NCBI RefSeq assembly: GCF_000020025.1
Contig: NC_010628.1
Span: 4,140,001-4,172,000, forward strand
Direction: 5' to 3'
Length of the DNA stretch: 32,000 bases
DNA from: Nostoc punctiforme PCC 73102
GTDB taxonomy: Bacteria; Cyanobacteriota; Cyanobacteriia; Cyanobacteriales; Nostocaceae
The notes beneath the pieces are model-generated. The model was given only the letters and a program-made list of their open reading frames with translations. It did no database searches and had not been told where the DNA came from. A program made the position numbers and the translations under genes. This document shows, one piece after another, positions 7,704-16,868 of the stretch (positions are counted from its first letter, which is position 1; every line of letters starts with the position of its first letter).

Positions 7704-10700
7704 TCAATTTTTTTCTGATGTGGTCACAACATAAACAGGTTTTTCTAGAGGACATTTGTTTGTATTCTGATTTTTATCTGATTCATCTTTTTCCTGGCAT
7801 CCATTGTTAGTAACAAAGCGTTGGGGATAATTTTGAAATTGGAATCTTAAGGAATCTCCAATGTTAGAAGCTGTAGTTTTAGTGGAAGGATTACTAGATA
7901 CGCTCACATCTCCCAACCCACTATGACGGATTTTAACTCTGCCTATTTCTCCGGGTTTGAGTTTATAGAATCTGGCTCCTGAACCAAAAGGAACACTTTG
8001 TTCAATCGACTGTTTAAATTGTAAATTGTTTAAACCAGGAGAATCTTGCACATAAATAAATTCTGTGTTGTTCTCTATGACTTTGAAGTTGCGATTATTA
8101 ATTTCATCAAAGAAATTTTGCTTAAACAGTTTCGCTCCTTCAGGAGTAATTCTTTCTACTTTTAGTCTACCTTCATACACATTCACCGCTGCTTTACGCA
8201 ATATCAGGTTCGGTTCTGAACCATGCAATTTGATTGATTCGTTAATTGATTTGGCAGCTCTAGTGTAATCCCCAGCTTTCAGTTCTCCATCAATTTTTTT
8301 GATTCGGAATTGTAAGTCTAGCTTCTGGCTTATAACATACTTAACTGGCTCTGCGGCGAGCTTCTGGGCTTCTTTGCGGTAATTATACGAACTTTTATAA
8401 TTTGCTCCTTTACCAGAAAGTTGTTGAAAACCCTGTGTTTGTTGTGAAACCTGCGCTTCATTTAAAGATTCAAAATTAAAATTACGGGCACCATCCTCTG
8501 GTTCAGCTACTGACATTATCCGTTTTGAAGGTGGTTTTGCACCACCTCCACTACCATCTGCTAAAGGCTGTTCACTAAATTTTAGCCATTTATTATTGGA
8601 CTTAGAAAGTTGAACAAAATAATCATTAGGTTGGGACGGAGAATACCTAACAAACACAACATCATCCATTTCCCTCAGAGCATTGAGAACACTCACTTTT
8701 TTTGGATTAAGGCGTGAAGTTCCTACGCTAAGGCGCGAAGCTAGGGAATATCCAGCATCTATATCTCGACTTTCAAAACCTACCTTAAAACCATTTGCCG
8801 TCTTGGAGATGTTCAGATTACCAAATTCAGTATCGCCGATGGCATTTTCTAGCTTTAGTCCATCGGGTATCTGCGTTACTTTGCTGCTAAATGGCTGATT
8901 TGTTAGTTCAACATTTGGACTGCGTAGTTTTGCTTCCGGTTTAGGTTCTACTATAGTTTCGCTAACAGTTTTACTTAGAGGTCTTACTCTGTATTTAGTA
9001 CCATCTAAAGTTTTAAATTCGAGTTTACCTCTTTGGAATTTTACAGACTTGTAGTCAATGTTAGACCTGCCGAGATTGCCTATTTTACTATCTTTAGGTA
9101 AAGAGATACGACCTTCAAAGTTTTTTCCGCCAGCCAGAGAAACCCCTCCATAAAGAGATGGATAGGGCTTCCCGTACTTCTTATCAATGTTTTCTGACTC
9201 TAAAAATTTCAATTTCTCTGTTTTTCTACCCTTATAGTTGTAGCCCTCAGAGAGAAATGTAATTGCGTCCCATTTTTTAAATTTCAAGCGTTCCCCTTGA
9301 GTTCCAACCCAATCTGGGAACCAGTTGTCTCGTTTAACTTTTACTGCTTGTAAAAAGCTCAAAGGATTGCTTTGTTCATACTGAAGGGAGAGTTCGTTTT
9401 GTTGGTGCTGATTGAGCCAATTAATTACTAAACTCCACTTCATAATTTGATTAAGCCGTTCATATTGTGGCTCATAGCGAGCAACTTCTTTATAGTGGTT
9501 GTTCCACCAGTTCAGAAAGGCAGCGGTATCTGGAGGCGCATTTGTTTCCTTGTTTGATTGAGGGCGGTCAGAAGAAGCAGCTTTGATCTGTGTGGCATTA
9601 GGAGCAAAAATAATATCCCTATTTTCATTTGCTACTTGAAATCCCTTGTCGTCTGGTTCAAGCCAAAGCCGAACATAGTTTGATTGTTTAAGTTCTGATT
9701 TATAAATTGGTGAAACAGCGATTCTGGTCTCTGGGTTAAAGCCTTCAATGTCAGTTTCTAGAGTAGCTTTTTGAAAGTTGAATTCCCAGATTTTCATCAA
9801 TAAGTCGGTATAGAACAGGGTCATTCCGACTTCCGTTCCTTGTAAACCCTCTTTTTTATCTTGCAAATTACCATTATATCGAGCTATCTGGAAACCATTT
9901 TTTTGTTGTGCGTTTAACAAATCATAAATTTCTTTCTTCTTGCTAGAAATTATTTCCTTCTTTTTCCAAGGTATTTCTTGTTCAAGATACTTTTCCCATT
10001 CGCTCTCCAACTTTTTTTGCTCGTGGTCTATGGCAATAATTTTTGCATGTATTTCTTCAGGAGATAAGCCAGATTCAAGTGCTTGCTGTATTTCTTTTTG
10101 AGATTGTTCTTTTGACTGCTTAATGCTCTGTTGACTTGCTTTATACTTTTTATCTTTATATATATTTAATTCCTTTTCAATTTCTGCTGCAAGTTTTTCT
10201 TTGCTAAATGCTTGATTTACAAGTTCTTCTGAACTCAAAAAATTTTCCAATTTAGCAATTAAATTGAAATAAGATTTTTTGTCTTGACGTAATAAACCCT
10301 GCTTTGCTTCTTGAATATCTTGGTCACTAATTATGAGTTTACCATCTAGTTTGAGTTTTTGGAGTAAAGGTTTTGCCTTCTCTAAAGCTTGTGCAATACG
10401 AGGATAGTCAAATTCCCAATCTAGAGAAAAGAGACTACCATTGATATTATTAAAATCTGACTGCCAAAGTGCTGCAATATCTTCTACGCGCAGACCTTGA
10501 TGTTTACGCTTATCTTTATCTTTATAAATCTTACGACCGCCCACATTCAAACTGGAACCATTAACTTGAGCAAAGGTAATATCATCAACCTGATTAAGGA
10601 AACTTTGCAGGTCATTCTGGCTGTTGATGGTGGTTTCAAAGTATCCGTAAGCACTACTAAAGATTTGTTCGCCGTTTATCGGCTCTTTTCTAGAAATAAC

Positions 10701-11231
10701 AGATGACTGCTTGTCAGGAGCAATTTCGTACTCAAATACCTCAATGATTTTAGGCTTTTCTCCTTGATCTTTGCGGTGACGATCAGCAATATGGGCAAGG
10801 TCATCCATACGCTGTTCTTTGGAAGCAGTGTTAGGCACTAGGGCAACTATTTTCCCATCACCGACATAGCGAGAGCGAGTGCTACCATACTCAAAATTGG
10901 CAACAGGACTTATAAAGTCATAGCGCACTGCTGGGAGGTCGTAGACACCCTGACTTATTTTTTCGGTGGAAAGCCCTTTGCCTGAAAGAGCAGTCATTAG
11001 TAACCAATCTCTTAATTGATCATCTTTTTGGCGTTTCGTCAACTTATAAAAGCCCTCATTCGGCTCAAAATTGACCGTCTGAGGTCGATTCAGGGGAAAG
11101 TTTTTGTCGGTTATGACTTCTATCGGTTGTACTACAGCTTGGGAAGCGCTGGTTTGGGCGTACACCATCCCCAAAGCTACAGGAGATGCAACAAGAACAG
11201 TGATACTCAACAAATCAATGATTTTTCTCAT
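7704..11231 (-). CDS. Large secreted protein of unknown function, 1175 aa
   Basis: The N-terminus MRKIIDLLSITVLVASPVALGMVYAQTSA looks like a Sec signal peptide. A central K/E/Q-rich coiled-coil-like stretch follows (...KQSKEQSQKEIQQALESGLSPEEIHAKIIAIDHEQKKLESEWEKYLEQE...). A strong RBS (AAGGAGGA) sits in the 19-nt spacer after the upstream gene's stop. I recognise no family. Confidence 0.75.
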   Translation of the reverse strand: MRKIIDLLSITVLVASPVALGMVYAQTSASQAVVQPIEVITDKNFPLNRPQTVNFEPNEGFYKLTKRQKDDQLRDWLLMTALSGKGLSTEKISQGVYDLPAVRYDFISPVANFEYGSTRSRYVGDGKIVALVPNTASKEQRMDDLAHIADRHRKDQGEKPKIIEVFEYEIAPDKQSSVISRKEPINGEQIFSSAYGYFETTINSQNDLQSFLNQVDDITFAQVNGSSLNVGGRKIYKDKDKRKHQGLRVEDIAALWQSDFNNINGSLFSLDWEFDYPRIAQALEKAKPLLQKLKLDGKLIISDQDIQEAKQGLLRQDKKSYFNLIAKLENFLSSEELVNQAFSKEKLAAEIEKELNIYKDKKYKASQQSIKQSKEQSQKEIQQALESGLSPEEIHAKIIAIDHEQKKLESEWEKYLEQEIPWKKKEIISSKKKEIYDLLNAQQKNGFQIARYNGNLQDKKEGLQGTEVGMTLFYTDLLMKIWEFNFQKATLETDIEGFNPETRIAVSPIYKSELKQSNYVRLWLEPDDKGFQVANENRDIIFAPNATQIKAASSDRPQSNKETNAPPDTAAFLNWWNNHYKEVARYEPQYERLNQIMKWSLVINWLNQHQQNELSLQYEQSNPLSFLQAVKVKRDNWFPDWVGTQGERLKFKKWDAITFLSEGYNYKGRKTEKLKFLESENIDKKYGKPYPSLYGGVSLAGGKNFEGRISLPKDSKIGNLGRSNIDYKSVKFQRGKLEFKTLDGTKYRVRPLSKTVSETIVEPKPEAKLRSPNVELTNQPFSSKVTQIPDGLKLENAIGDTEFGNLNISKTANGFKVGFESRDIDAGYSLASRLSVGTSRLNPKKVSVLNALREMDDVVFVRYSPSQPNDYFVQLSKSNNKWLKFSEQPLADGSGGGAKPPSKRIMSVAEPEDGARNFNFESLNEAQVSQQTQGFQQLSGKGANYKSSYNYRKEAQKLAAEPVKYVISQKLDLQFRIKKIDGELKAGDYTRAAKSINESIKLHGSEPNLILRKAAVNVYEGRLKVERITPEGAKLFKQNFFDEINNRNFKVIENNTEFIYVQDSPGLNNLQFKQSIEQSVPFGSGARFYKLKPGEIGRVKIRHSGLGDVSVSSNPSTKTTASNIGDSLRFQFQNYPQRFVTNNGCQEKDESDKNQNTNKCPLEKPVYVVTTSEKN

Positions 11232-11250
11232 GACTGATTCCTCCTTGCGT

Positions 11251-13155
11251 TTATGGTTTTTGTAATTGGCGATAGAGTTCTAAATAGTCCTCATTATCTT
11301 TTTTGAGTTGCTCCCCTGGTTGTCCAGCAACATATCGCACCAAGGATTCTTCATAGAGTTCCAGCACTCGTGACATCCGTTCATCTTTGCCAAGGATAGG
11401 TGCGTTATTAAAAAATTCTTTAGATGCTTTTAGCACTGCTTCATCATTCTGAACTTGCTTCGCCATCAGAATCATGTCATAAGCCTTTTGTCGTACTGCA
11501 AGCGTCGTCTGTTCTCGCATGACGATATAACCAGTCACAACTATCAATACACTTGCAACCATCGCTTGTAGCTTGATGCGCTTGTCTTGAGCACTGAAAA
11601 GCCACGGTAACAAAGGTTCTGTGCTGAGTCGAGGTTTTATAGATGCAGGTGTGAGGATAGGAGATGATTCTGAGTGTCCTGTAGGGGGTGTTACCAAGAC
11701 GCGATGTCTGGTGACAAACCCTTCCCCTCTGGTTTCATCTTCAAACAAACTATTTTCTAGATAGCCGCAGATAGGTGCAAAATCTAGTTCTGCCAAGTCT
11801 GGACTACTATCAACTACTACTTTCCAAACACTTGGTACATCTGCTTTTGTCTGAGGTGGATGTTGTAATACACTGTTAAGTGCCTCCCATAACTGGACTG
11901 CGATTTTGGTCGATTTGCTGGTAGATTTGATTGGCTTTGTTTTGCTATTAGGGGACTCCATCCAACCTTCACGAGGTTCTGATAGCCCAATGCTGTACCA
12001 AAGTTGAATTGCTTCTGCAATATAAAACACCCTTGTTGTTTCCTTGGCTTCATCTGAATCAATGTATGCATTCATCCATGCAAAACCTTTGTTGGCTCCT
12101 ATAAGCAGGGGATATCCATCCCAAGCGGATGGTACACCAGATTCCATCTCGTCTTGCAATCTGTTTTTCAAGTCCAGCAGTTCATTACGTGCTTTGTAAG
12201 CTTTTGCCAGATTGGGATTATAGGTAATTGCTTTTTGGACAGAGATGAAAGCATTAAACAATTGATGGCTACGTACCAAACTCACTGAATGCAAGTGATA
12301 TAAACTAGCCAAAAGTTGAAAAATTGTTAAGTTATAAGGATACTTTTTTAAAAATTTCCTTAACTCCCTAATTCCAGGTTGCAAATTCTTGGCGTTTTGG
12401 GCATACTGGTCTTTGGTTTCTGCATCCCAACACTTTGACAAAGTTTTTAAGTAGTAAATCTCTACTAGTTCACCTTGAAACTCAATATTATTCGGTAACC
12501 ATTTCAGCCGTTGCTCACAGCAATTAATCGCTTTGTGCCATTTTTTAGCTTCTTTATACACAGTAATTCGTGTCTGCCAAGCTTCTCCTAATAAATTTTT
12601 TACTTCTTGAGCAGATACAGGAGATAATTTCAATAGCTGCTGAATATAGTCGATATGAACAAATGCACGCTCTTTCCAAGACAGTTTTCTAGACTTTAAT
12701 ATCAATCCGTTGTAGAAAGCGCAGTGAGTGTTAATAAATAATTCATTCATTAAGTGCTGACGCAGTTTTACAGGATCGTTCATTATCTGAACACCAGGCT
12801 TATTGGCTACAATTAACGTAATTGTCTGCCATAAATCTGGCTTATTTAGTAAAGCCTTTAATTCAATTTGCATCTGATTCCAGAAAAAATCAGCCCTTTG
12901 CCACTTGGCAGCAATTTCTGCTTCTATTGCTAGTTTATGCTGAAGTAATAAATGCCCTAATTGACCTTTTAAATCTAACCCCAATTCAGTAAATTTCTGC
13001 CAAGTAGCGAAATCTTGGTTGGCAAGCTGTAACAGATTTTTCCCAGCTTGTTGGTCAGCAGTTAATTCTGTTTCCTCGGAACTCAGGTTATAAAGATTTG
13101 CTGAGATAACAGGGAATACTCGCTCTTGAGGACGACATAAAAGTGCTATCATCAT
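11251..13155 (-). CDS. Helical-repeat protein with a single C-proximal transmembrane helix, 634 aa, unknown function
   Basis: Long ORF with TPR-like helical segments (e.g. FISVQKAITYNPNLAKAYKARNELLDLKNRL). One hydrophobic segment, LQAMVASVLIVVTGYIVM, is preceded by basic residues (QDKRIK) and followed by a ~90-aa tail. The stop is 19 nt before the next gene's ATG, so they are probably co-translated. Confidence 0.7.
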   Translation of the reverse strand: MMIALLCRPQERVFPVISANLYNLSSEETELTADQQAGKNLLQLANQDFATWQKFTELGLDLKGQLGHLLLQHKLAIEAEIAAKWQRADFFWNQMQIELKALLNKPDLWQTITLIVANKPGVQIMNDPVKLRQHLMNELFINTHCAFYNGLILKSRKLSWKERAFVHIDYIQQLLKLSPVSAQEVKNLLGEAWQTRITVYKEAKKWHKAINCCEQRLKWLPNNIEFQGELVEIYYLKTLSKCWDAETKDQYAQNAKNLQPGIRELRKFLKKYPYNLTIFQLLASLYHLHSVSLVRSHQLFNAFISVQKAITYNPNLAKAYKARNELLDLKNRLQDEMESGVPSAWDGYPLLIGANKGFAWMNAYIDSDEAKETTRVFYIAEAIQLWYSIGLSEPREGWMESPNSKTKPIKSTSKSTKIAVQLWEALNSVLQHPPQTKADVPSVWKVVVDSSPDLAELDFAPICGYLENSLFEDETRGEGFVTRHRVLVTPPTGHSESSPILTPASIKPRLSTEPLLPWLFSAQDKRIKLQAMVASVLIVVTGYIVMREQTTLAVRQKAYDMILMAKQVQNDEAVLKASKEFFNNAPILGKDERMSRVLELYEESLVRYVAGQPGEQLKKDNEDYLELYRQLQKP

Positions 13156-13410
13156 AAAAAACTCTGGTAGATGATTATGTGTTTGCTATCAAAAATCTAA
13201 ATTTGAAATAATAATTTTTTCCCAATCGACTTTGTAAGTCAATATATTAGCTAATACCAAAAATCAATTATTAGTGCAATACAGTAAAGTGCAATTTTAC
13301 AAGTGGCACAATCTTAAGTAAACTTATTACAGCGCAATTTCAAGTTGATGGAGTACAGAATTTAGGTCTGCTAGCCAGACATAAAAGCTGTTTAACTCCT
13401 GAATTTTTCT

Positions 13411-15729
13411 CTATGTAAGATCATTATCATATGTAACTGGATTTAAATTTTTATTAAGATCGGTTTTGGATTTTTCTAACAAGGCAGAAAAATTATAATA
13501 GGATGTTTTTTGCTTATCTGATTTATCTGACTGCGATTTTTGCCAGATTATCCAGCCCAAAAATATCGCTATTAAAGGCAATACCAAAAACAATCCTATT
13601 CTCAAATGTCTAAATAACCTGTGTAAATTTTTCTGTTTAACTTGTTTATCCGTATCATCATTAGGTGTTGCAGTGATAATTAATATTTGACTAGTCATCC
13701 ATTCATCCAAAACTTCAGGCTTTTGAGGTTCATCTTTATAAGGAACTATCGCACGAGATTGAATTTTTCGTATCAGATTATTGAAGCTATTACTTTTCGT
13801 AACATATACTTGTGTATTATCATTAGAAGGATGGTGATTAGACTTTTCAATATTACCTTGTATCAGCAAATCAGCATCAAATTCACTAATACTAACAATT
13901 AGTTTAAGGATATCTTTATACTCTGTATACTCTGTTACTCCCTGATGCCCAAAATTTTGAGGTATAACCATAGAGATATCTCTTCCTTCTAAAGCCCAAA
14001 TTTCTTGGCCTGGTTGCAACAATATTCCAGTCCTAACTCCTGCAAAAGGAATTCCTGTAACAGCAAAAAGTTCGGTTAAATTCAGCAAAACGCAGTAAAG
14101 AGCATTTTCACTTTTATTAGTTAGTTTTATCCTAATTATTGGAGGTTCTAACTTTCCATTATTGGCTTGATATTTTAAATAAATCGGGTAATCGTGAATT
14201 TCTGATTCCTGTTGATAAACTTGCATTTGTACCGCATCACTTGAAATTAAACTGTTTGCAGGACTTGTAATGGTAGCTATATTTATCCATCGTGCAATAT
14301 GTTCTAAAGCATGAATTGCTTGTAATGCACTTTCTGAGGTAAATCCTGGAATTGGGGATATTAATTGGCGCTGATCGCTAACGCGTATAATGAAATATTT
14401 ATCACCTAAAGCTTGCAAGCAAACATCTGCTTCGTTGAAATTATCTACTTCACCAATATAAAGTGAATGGCTTTCACCAAAACTAGCTGTTTGAATAGCT
14501 TGACGTGCATAGTTAACTCCAGATTCTTCTCCTTTCAAATAAACTTTCAAAAAAGATGCAGGTAAACTAGTAATCACAGCTTTGTAAGTTAACTCTGGAT
14601 CTAATATTTCTCTTTCTCCAGAGATATTAATTCGGCTCAATTGTGGTAAAACTTCTGTAATTTCTGCTACAGCGATCGCATCTTGTAGCTGGCTAATATC
14701 TTCTACATTTATGGGAAAGATAGCTAACCTTGTTTTTTCATTTCCGTTACTATAAATAATACCATGAATCGCACCTGCATCAATACTCCAACCATTGAGT
14801 CCATCATAAATAATGGTAAAGTATATTTGTCGTTGACCAACTATACCCCCTAAAAAAGGCTGGTCTAAGTAATTGGAATTTGTCGCTTCAATTTGCGGCG
14901 ATTGTTTGGGATATAAACTGCGAACTAAGGCATTAGTTCGCTTAAATAAATCACGATAATTTAAACTGCCATTTCGTTGTAAGCTGTCCATTAAAAAGTA
15001 GGAAAATACTCCTCTTTTTTGGCTACGATGTTCTTTTGCCTCTTCATTATCTCGGCAAGCGGCTAAAAGTATGTATTCCCCCTGTGGGATAAAAAACTTA
15101 TTTGATTCGTTGTCATTCAAATCAGATTTAGAAAAGAAACTATTGATTTCTTTCTCTGACAATATAAAGCTAGAAAGTGGTCTTTCTCTCAATTCAGTAT
15201 TGACTGAACGTATACCGGTATATTGCAAATTAAATTTATCTGAAGAAACATCATCATTTTCGTCTCGTGTCCCTCCACCAGAATGACAACAATCCAAAAT
15301 TATAACAATATGTGGGTGATTTTGAGAAACCTCTGCAATTAATTTCGCAATTTCTTTATCAGCTAAATCCCAAATATCATCTGTCCGACTATCCCAACAA
15401 ACCAAAGTTTCATTCAAATGGTCTGGTTCTAAATTCCAAAATTCCTGTCCAGCGCGTTCTTGAGAACCATGACCGCTGAAGTAAAATAACGCAACATCAT
15501 TACTTTTCGCCTGACAGAGATGTTCCCGAAAACCGTCAATAATCGCTTGACGAGTCGCTTCATGATTTATGAGTTTCTTGATAAATAATTTATCCTCATT
15601 ATTCGTTAAGTGTTTTCTTAAAAACTCATCAATCACTGTGATATCGTTAACGCATCCTTTTAAAGGAGGAATTGTATGAGATTGATAATTATTAATTCCA
15701 ACAGTTAAAGCATAAACACTCCGACTCAT
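13411..15729 (-). CDS. Membrane-anchored orthocaspase (peptidase C14, caspase/metacaspase-like), 772 aa
   Basis: N-terminal caspase p20-like domain: YALTVGINNY..., catalytic His context VALFYFSGHGSQ (His codon 15469-15471), catalytic Cys context HIVIILDCCHSGGGTRD. An unassigned middle region of about 450 aa follows. A C-terminal TM helix (IGLFLVLPLIAIFLGWIIW) follows basic residues. Confidence 0.85.
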   Translation of the reverse strand: MSRSVYALTVGINNYQSHTIPPLKGCVNDITVIDEFLRKHLTNNEDKLFIKKLINHEATRQAIIDGFREHLCQAKSNDVALFYFSGHGSQERAGQEFWNLEPDHLNETLVCWDSRTDDIWDLADKEIAKLIAEVSQNHPHIVIILDCCHSGGGTRDENDDVSSDKFNLQYTGIRSVNTELRERPLSSFILSEKEINSFFSKSDLNDNESNKFFIPQGEYILLAACRDNEEAKEHRSQKRGVFSYFLMDSLQRNGSLNYRDLFKRTNALVRSLYPKQSPQIEATNSNYLDQPFLGGIVGQRQIYFTIIYDGLNGWSIDAGAIHGIIYSNGNEKTRLAIFPINVEDISQLQDAIAVAEITEVLPQLSRINISGEREILDPELTYKAVITSLPASFLKVYLKGEESGVNYARQAIQTASFGESHSLYIGEVDNFNEADVCLQALGDKYFIIRVSDQRQLISPIPGFTSESALQAIHALEHIARWINIATITSPANSLISSDAVQMQVYQQESEIHDYPIYLKYQANNGKLEPPIIRIKLTNKSENALYCVLLNLTELFAVTGIPFAGVRTGILLQPGQEIWALEGRDISMVIPQNFGHQGVTEYTEYKDILKLIVSISEFDADLLIQGNIEKSNHHPSNDNTQVYVTKSNSFNNLIRKIQSRAIVPYKDEPQKPEVLDEWMTSQILIITATPNDDTDKQVKQKNLHRLFRHLRIGLFLVLPLIAIFLGWIIWQKSQSDKSDKQKTSYYNFSALLEKSKTDLNKNLNPVTYDNDLT

Positions 15730-15833
15730 TGTTTTATCCCTTATCAGTGTTTGTCAAAGTTGCAAAAAACCAGCATCCTCTACATTTATATGCAATACTT
15801 CAAGATTTAGAAGTACAACACTCGATAAACTAA

Positions 15834-16820
15834 CTAAATAATAAATTTTGTGATGACGCTATCTCCTCTGAAACTAATTTTTAAACTAAATTTATCTCCA
15901 ACATTTCCTTTAAATCTAAGTTGCAACCAGTTACTTGCCTTTGCTTGCTTTTCAAGCTGACGAATAGGGTTATCTTTCTCATCTAGTAATGTCATCTTTA
16001 TTCCATCTAATAAGAATATTGATTCACTAGCTGGATAAAGACGTAAGATAATTTCAATCTCATCTGGACTTAATCGTGTCTGGCGGAGAATTAAAAGCAC
16101 TGGTTCAGAAAGATGCATGAGATGAATAATTCTTGCACCACCTACTTCTTCTTTGTCAGTAACATTAACAGGAGAAATATCTTTGGGAACAGCTAATACA
16201 TTAGGAATATCTTTGGCAATAGCTAATTCATATTCCCATCCACTGTCTAATAATCCTTTAAACCATTTGCTTAGTTTAACTATGCTTTCGTTAAGTTGAT
16301 TCCTTGCAATTTCAGAAATATCTGGATTAGAAGGATCATAATTTTCAATTTTTTGTAATTTTTGTAGGTAAATTAAAAAATCTTGCAGGGAGCCTAATTT
16401 GCTTAAAGCCAATTTTTCGTTAGAAACTGATTCTACAAAACCTACTATTTTTGCTTGTCTATCAAGCTCATCAATTTCTACTACCATATAACCAATACGC
16501 TCTGATAAAATTTCTGCTGGAATCTCACAAAAATCTTCTCTTGGAAGTACAGGACGACACTCCAATAAACCTTTATCTTTGATAAATATGCTGGCAGTAT
16601 TCATTAAAGATAGTACAACACTATCCAAACCATAACTTTTGCTAAATTCTGTTTCAATTTCCATGCACTGACAGAAAAACTCAACTGCCAATAAAGCCAA
16701 AGTATTGAGATAAACCTCACGAGTTTTTTGTTCGTTGCGCTGTTGCTGGCTCAATTTATTAGCAATATTAATCATTTCCCGGCTGATAGGTATTGTAAAA
16801 GCCAATTGATTAGAATTCAT
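15834..16820 (-). CDS. DUF1822-family protein (cyanobacterial, unknown function), 328 aa
   Basis: The N-terminal pattern ...TREVYLNTLALLAVEFFCQCMEIETEFSKSYGLDSVVLSLMNTASIFIKDKGLLECRPVLP... matches my recollection of the conserved DUF1822 core (YLNTLA..., ...LECRPVL). Size about 300 aa. RBS AGGAGA lies upstream of the ATG. Needs HMM confirmation. Confidence 0.6.
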   Translation of the reverse strand: MNSNQLAFTIPISREMINIANKLSQQQRNEQKTREVYLNTLALLAVEFFCQCMEIETEFSKSYGLDSVVLSLMNTASIFIKDKGLLECRPVLPREDFCEIPAEILSERIGYMVVEIDELDRQAKIVGFVESVSNEKLALSKLGSLQDFLIYLQKLQKIENYDPSNPDISEIARNQLNESIVKLSKWFKGLLDSGWEYELAIAKDIPNVLAVPKDISPVNVTDKEEVGGARIIHLMHLSEPVLLILRQTRLSPDEIEIILRLYPASESIFLLDGIKMTLLDEKDNPIRQLEKQAKASNWLQLRFKGNVGDKFSLKISFRGDSVITKFII

Positions 16821-16868
16821 TGCTTTTTCTCCTGATAAGCTCTTCTACATTTAATTCACACATACAAT

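Noticed and set aside
13283-13300. An NtcA-type site (GTA-N8-TAC) in the gap upstream of the 634-aa gene (gtaaagtgcaattttac).
   Set aside because: The spacing between GTA and TAC is 11 nt, not 8, so it does not fit the consensus.
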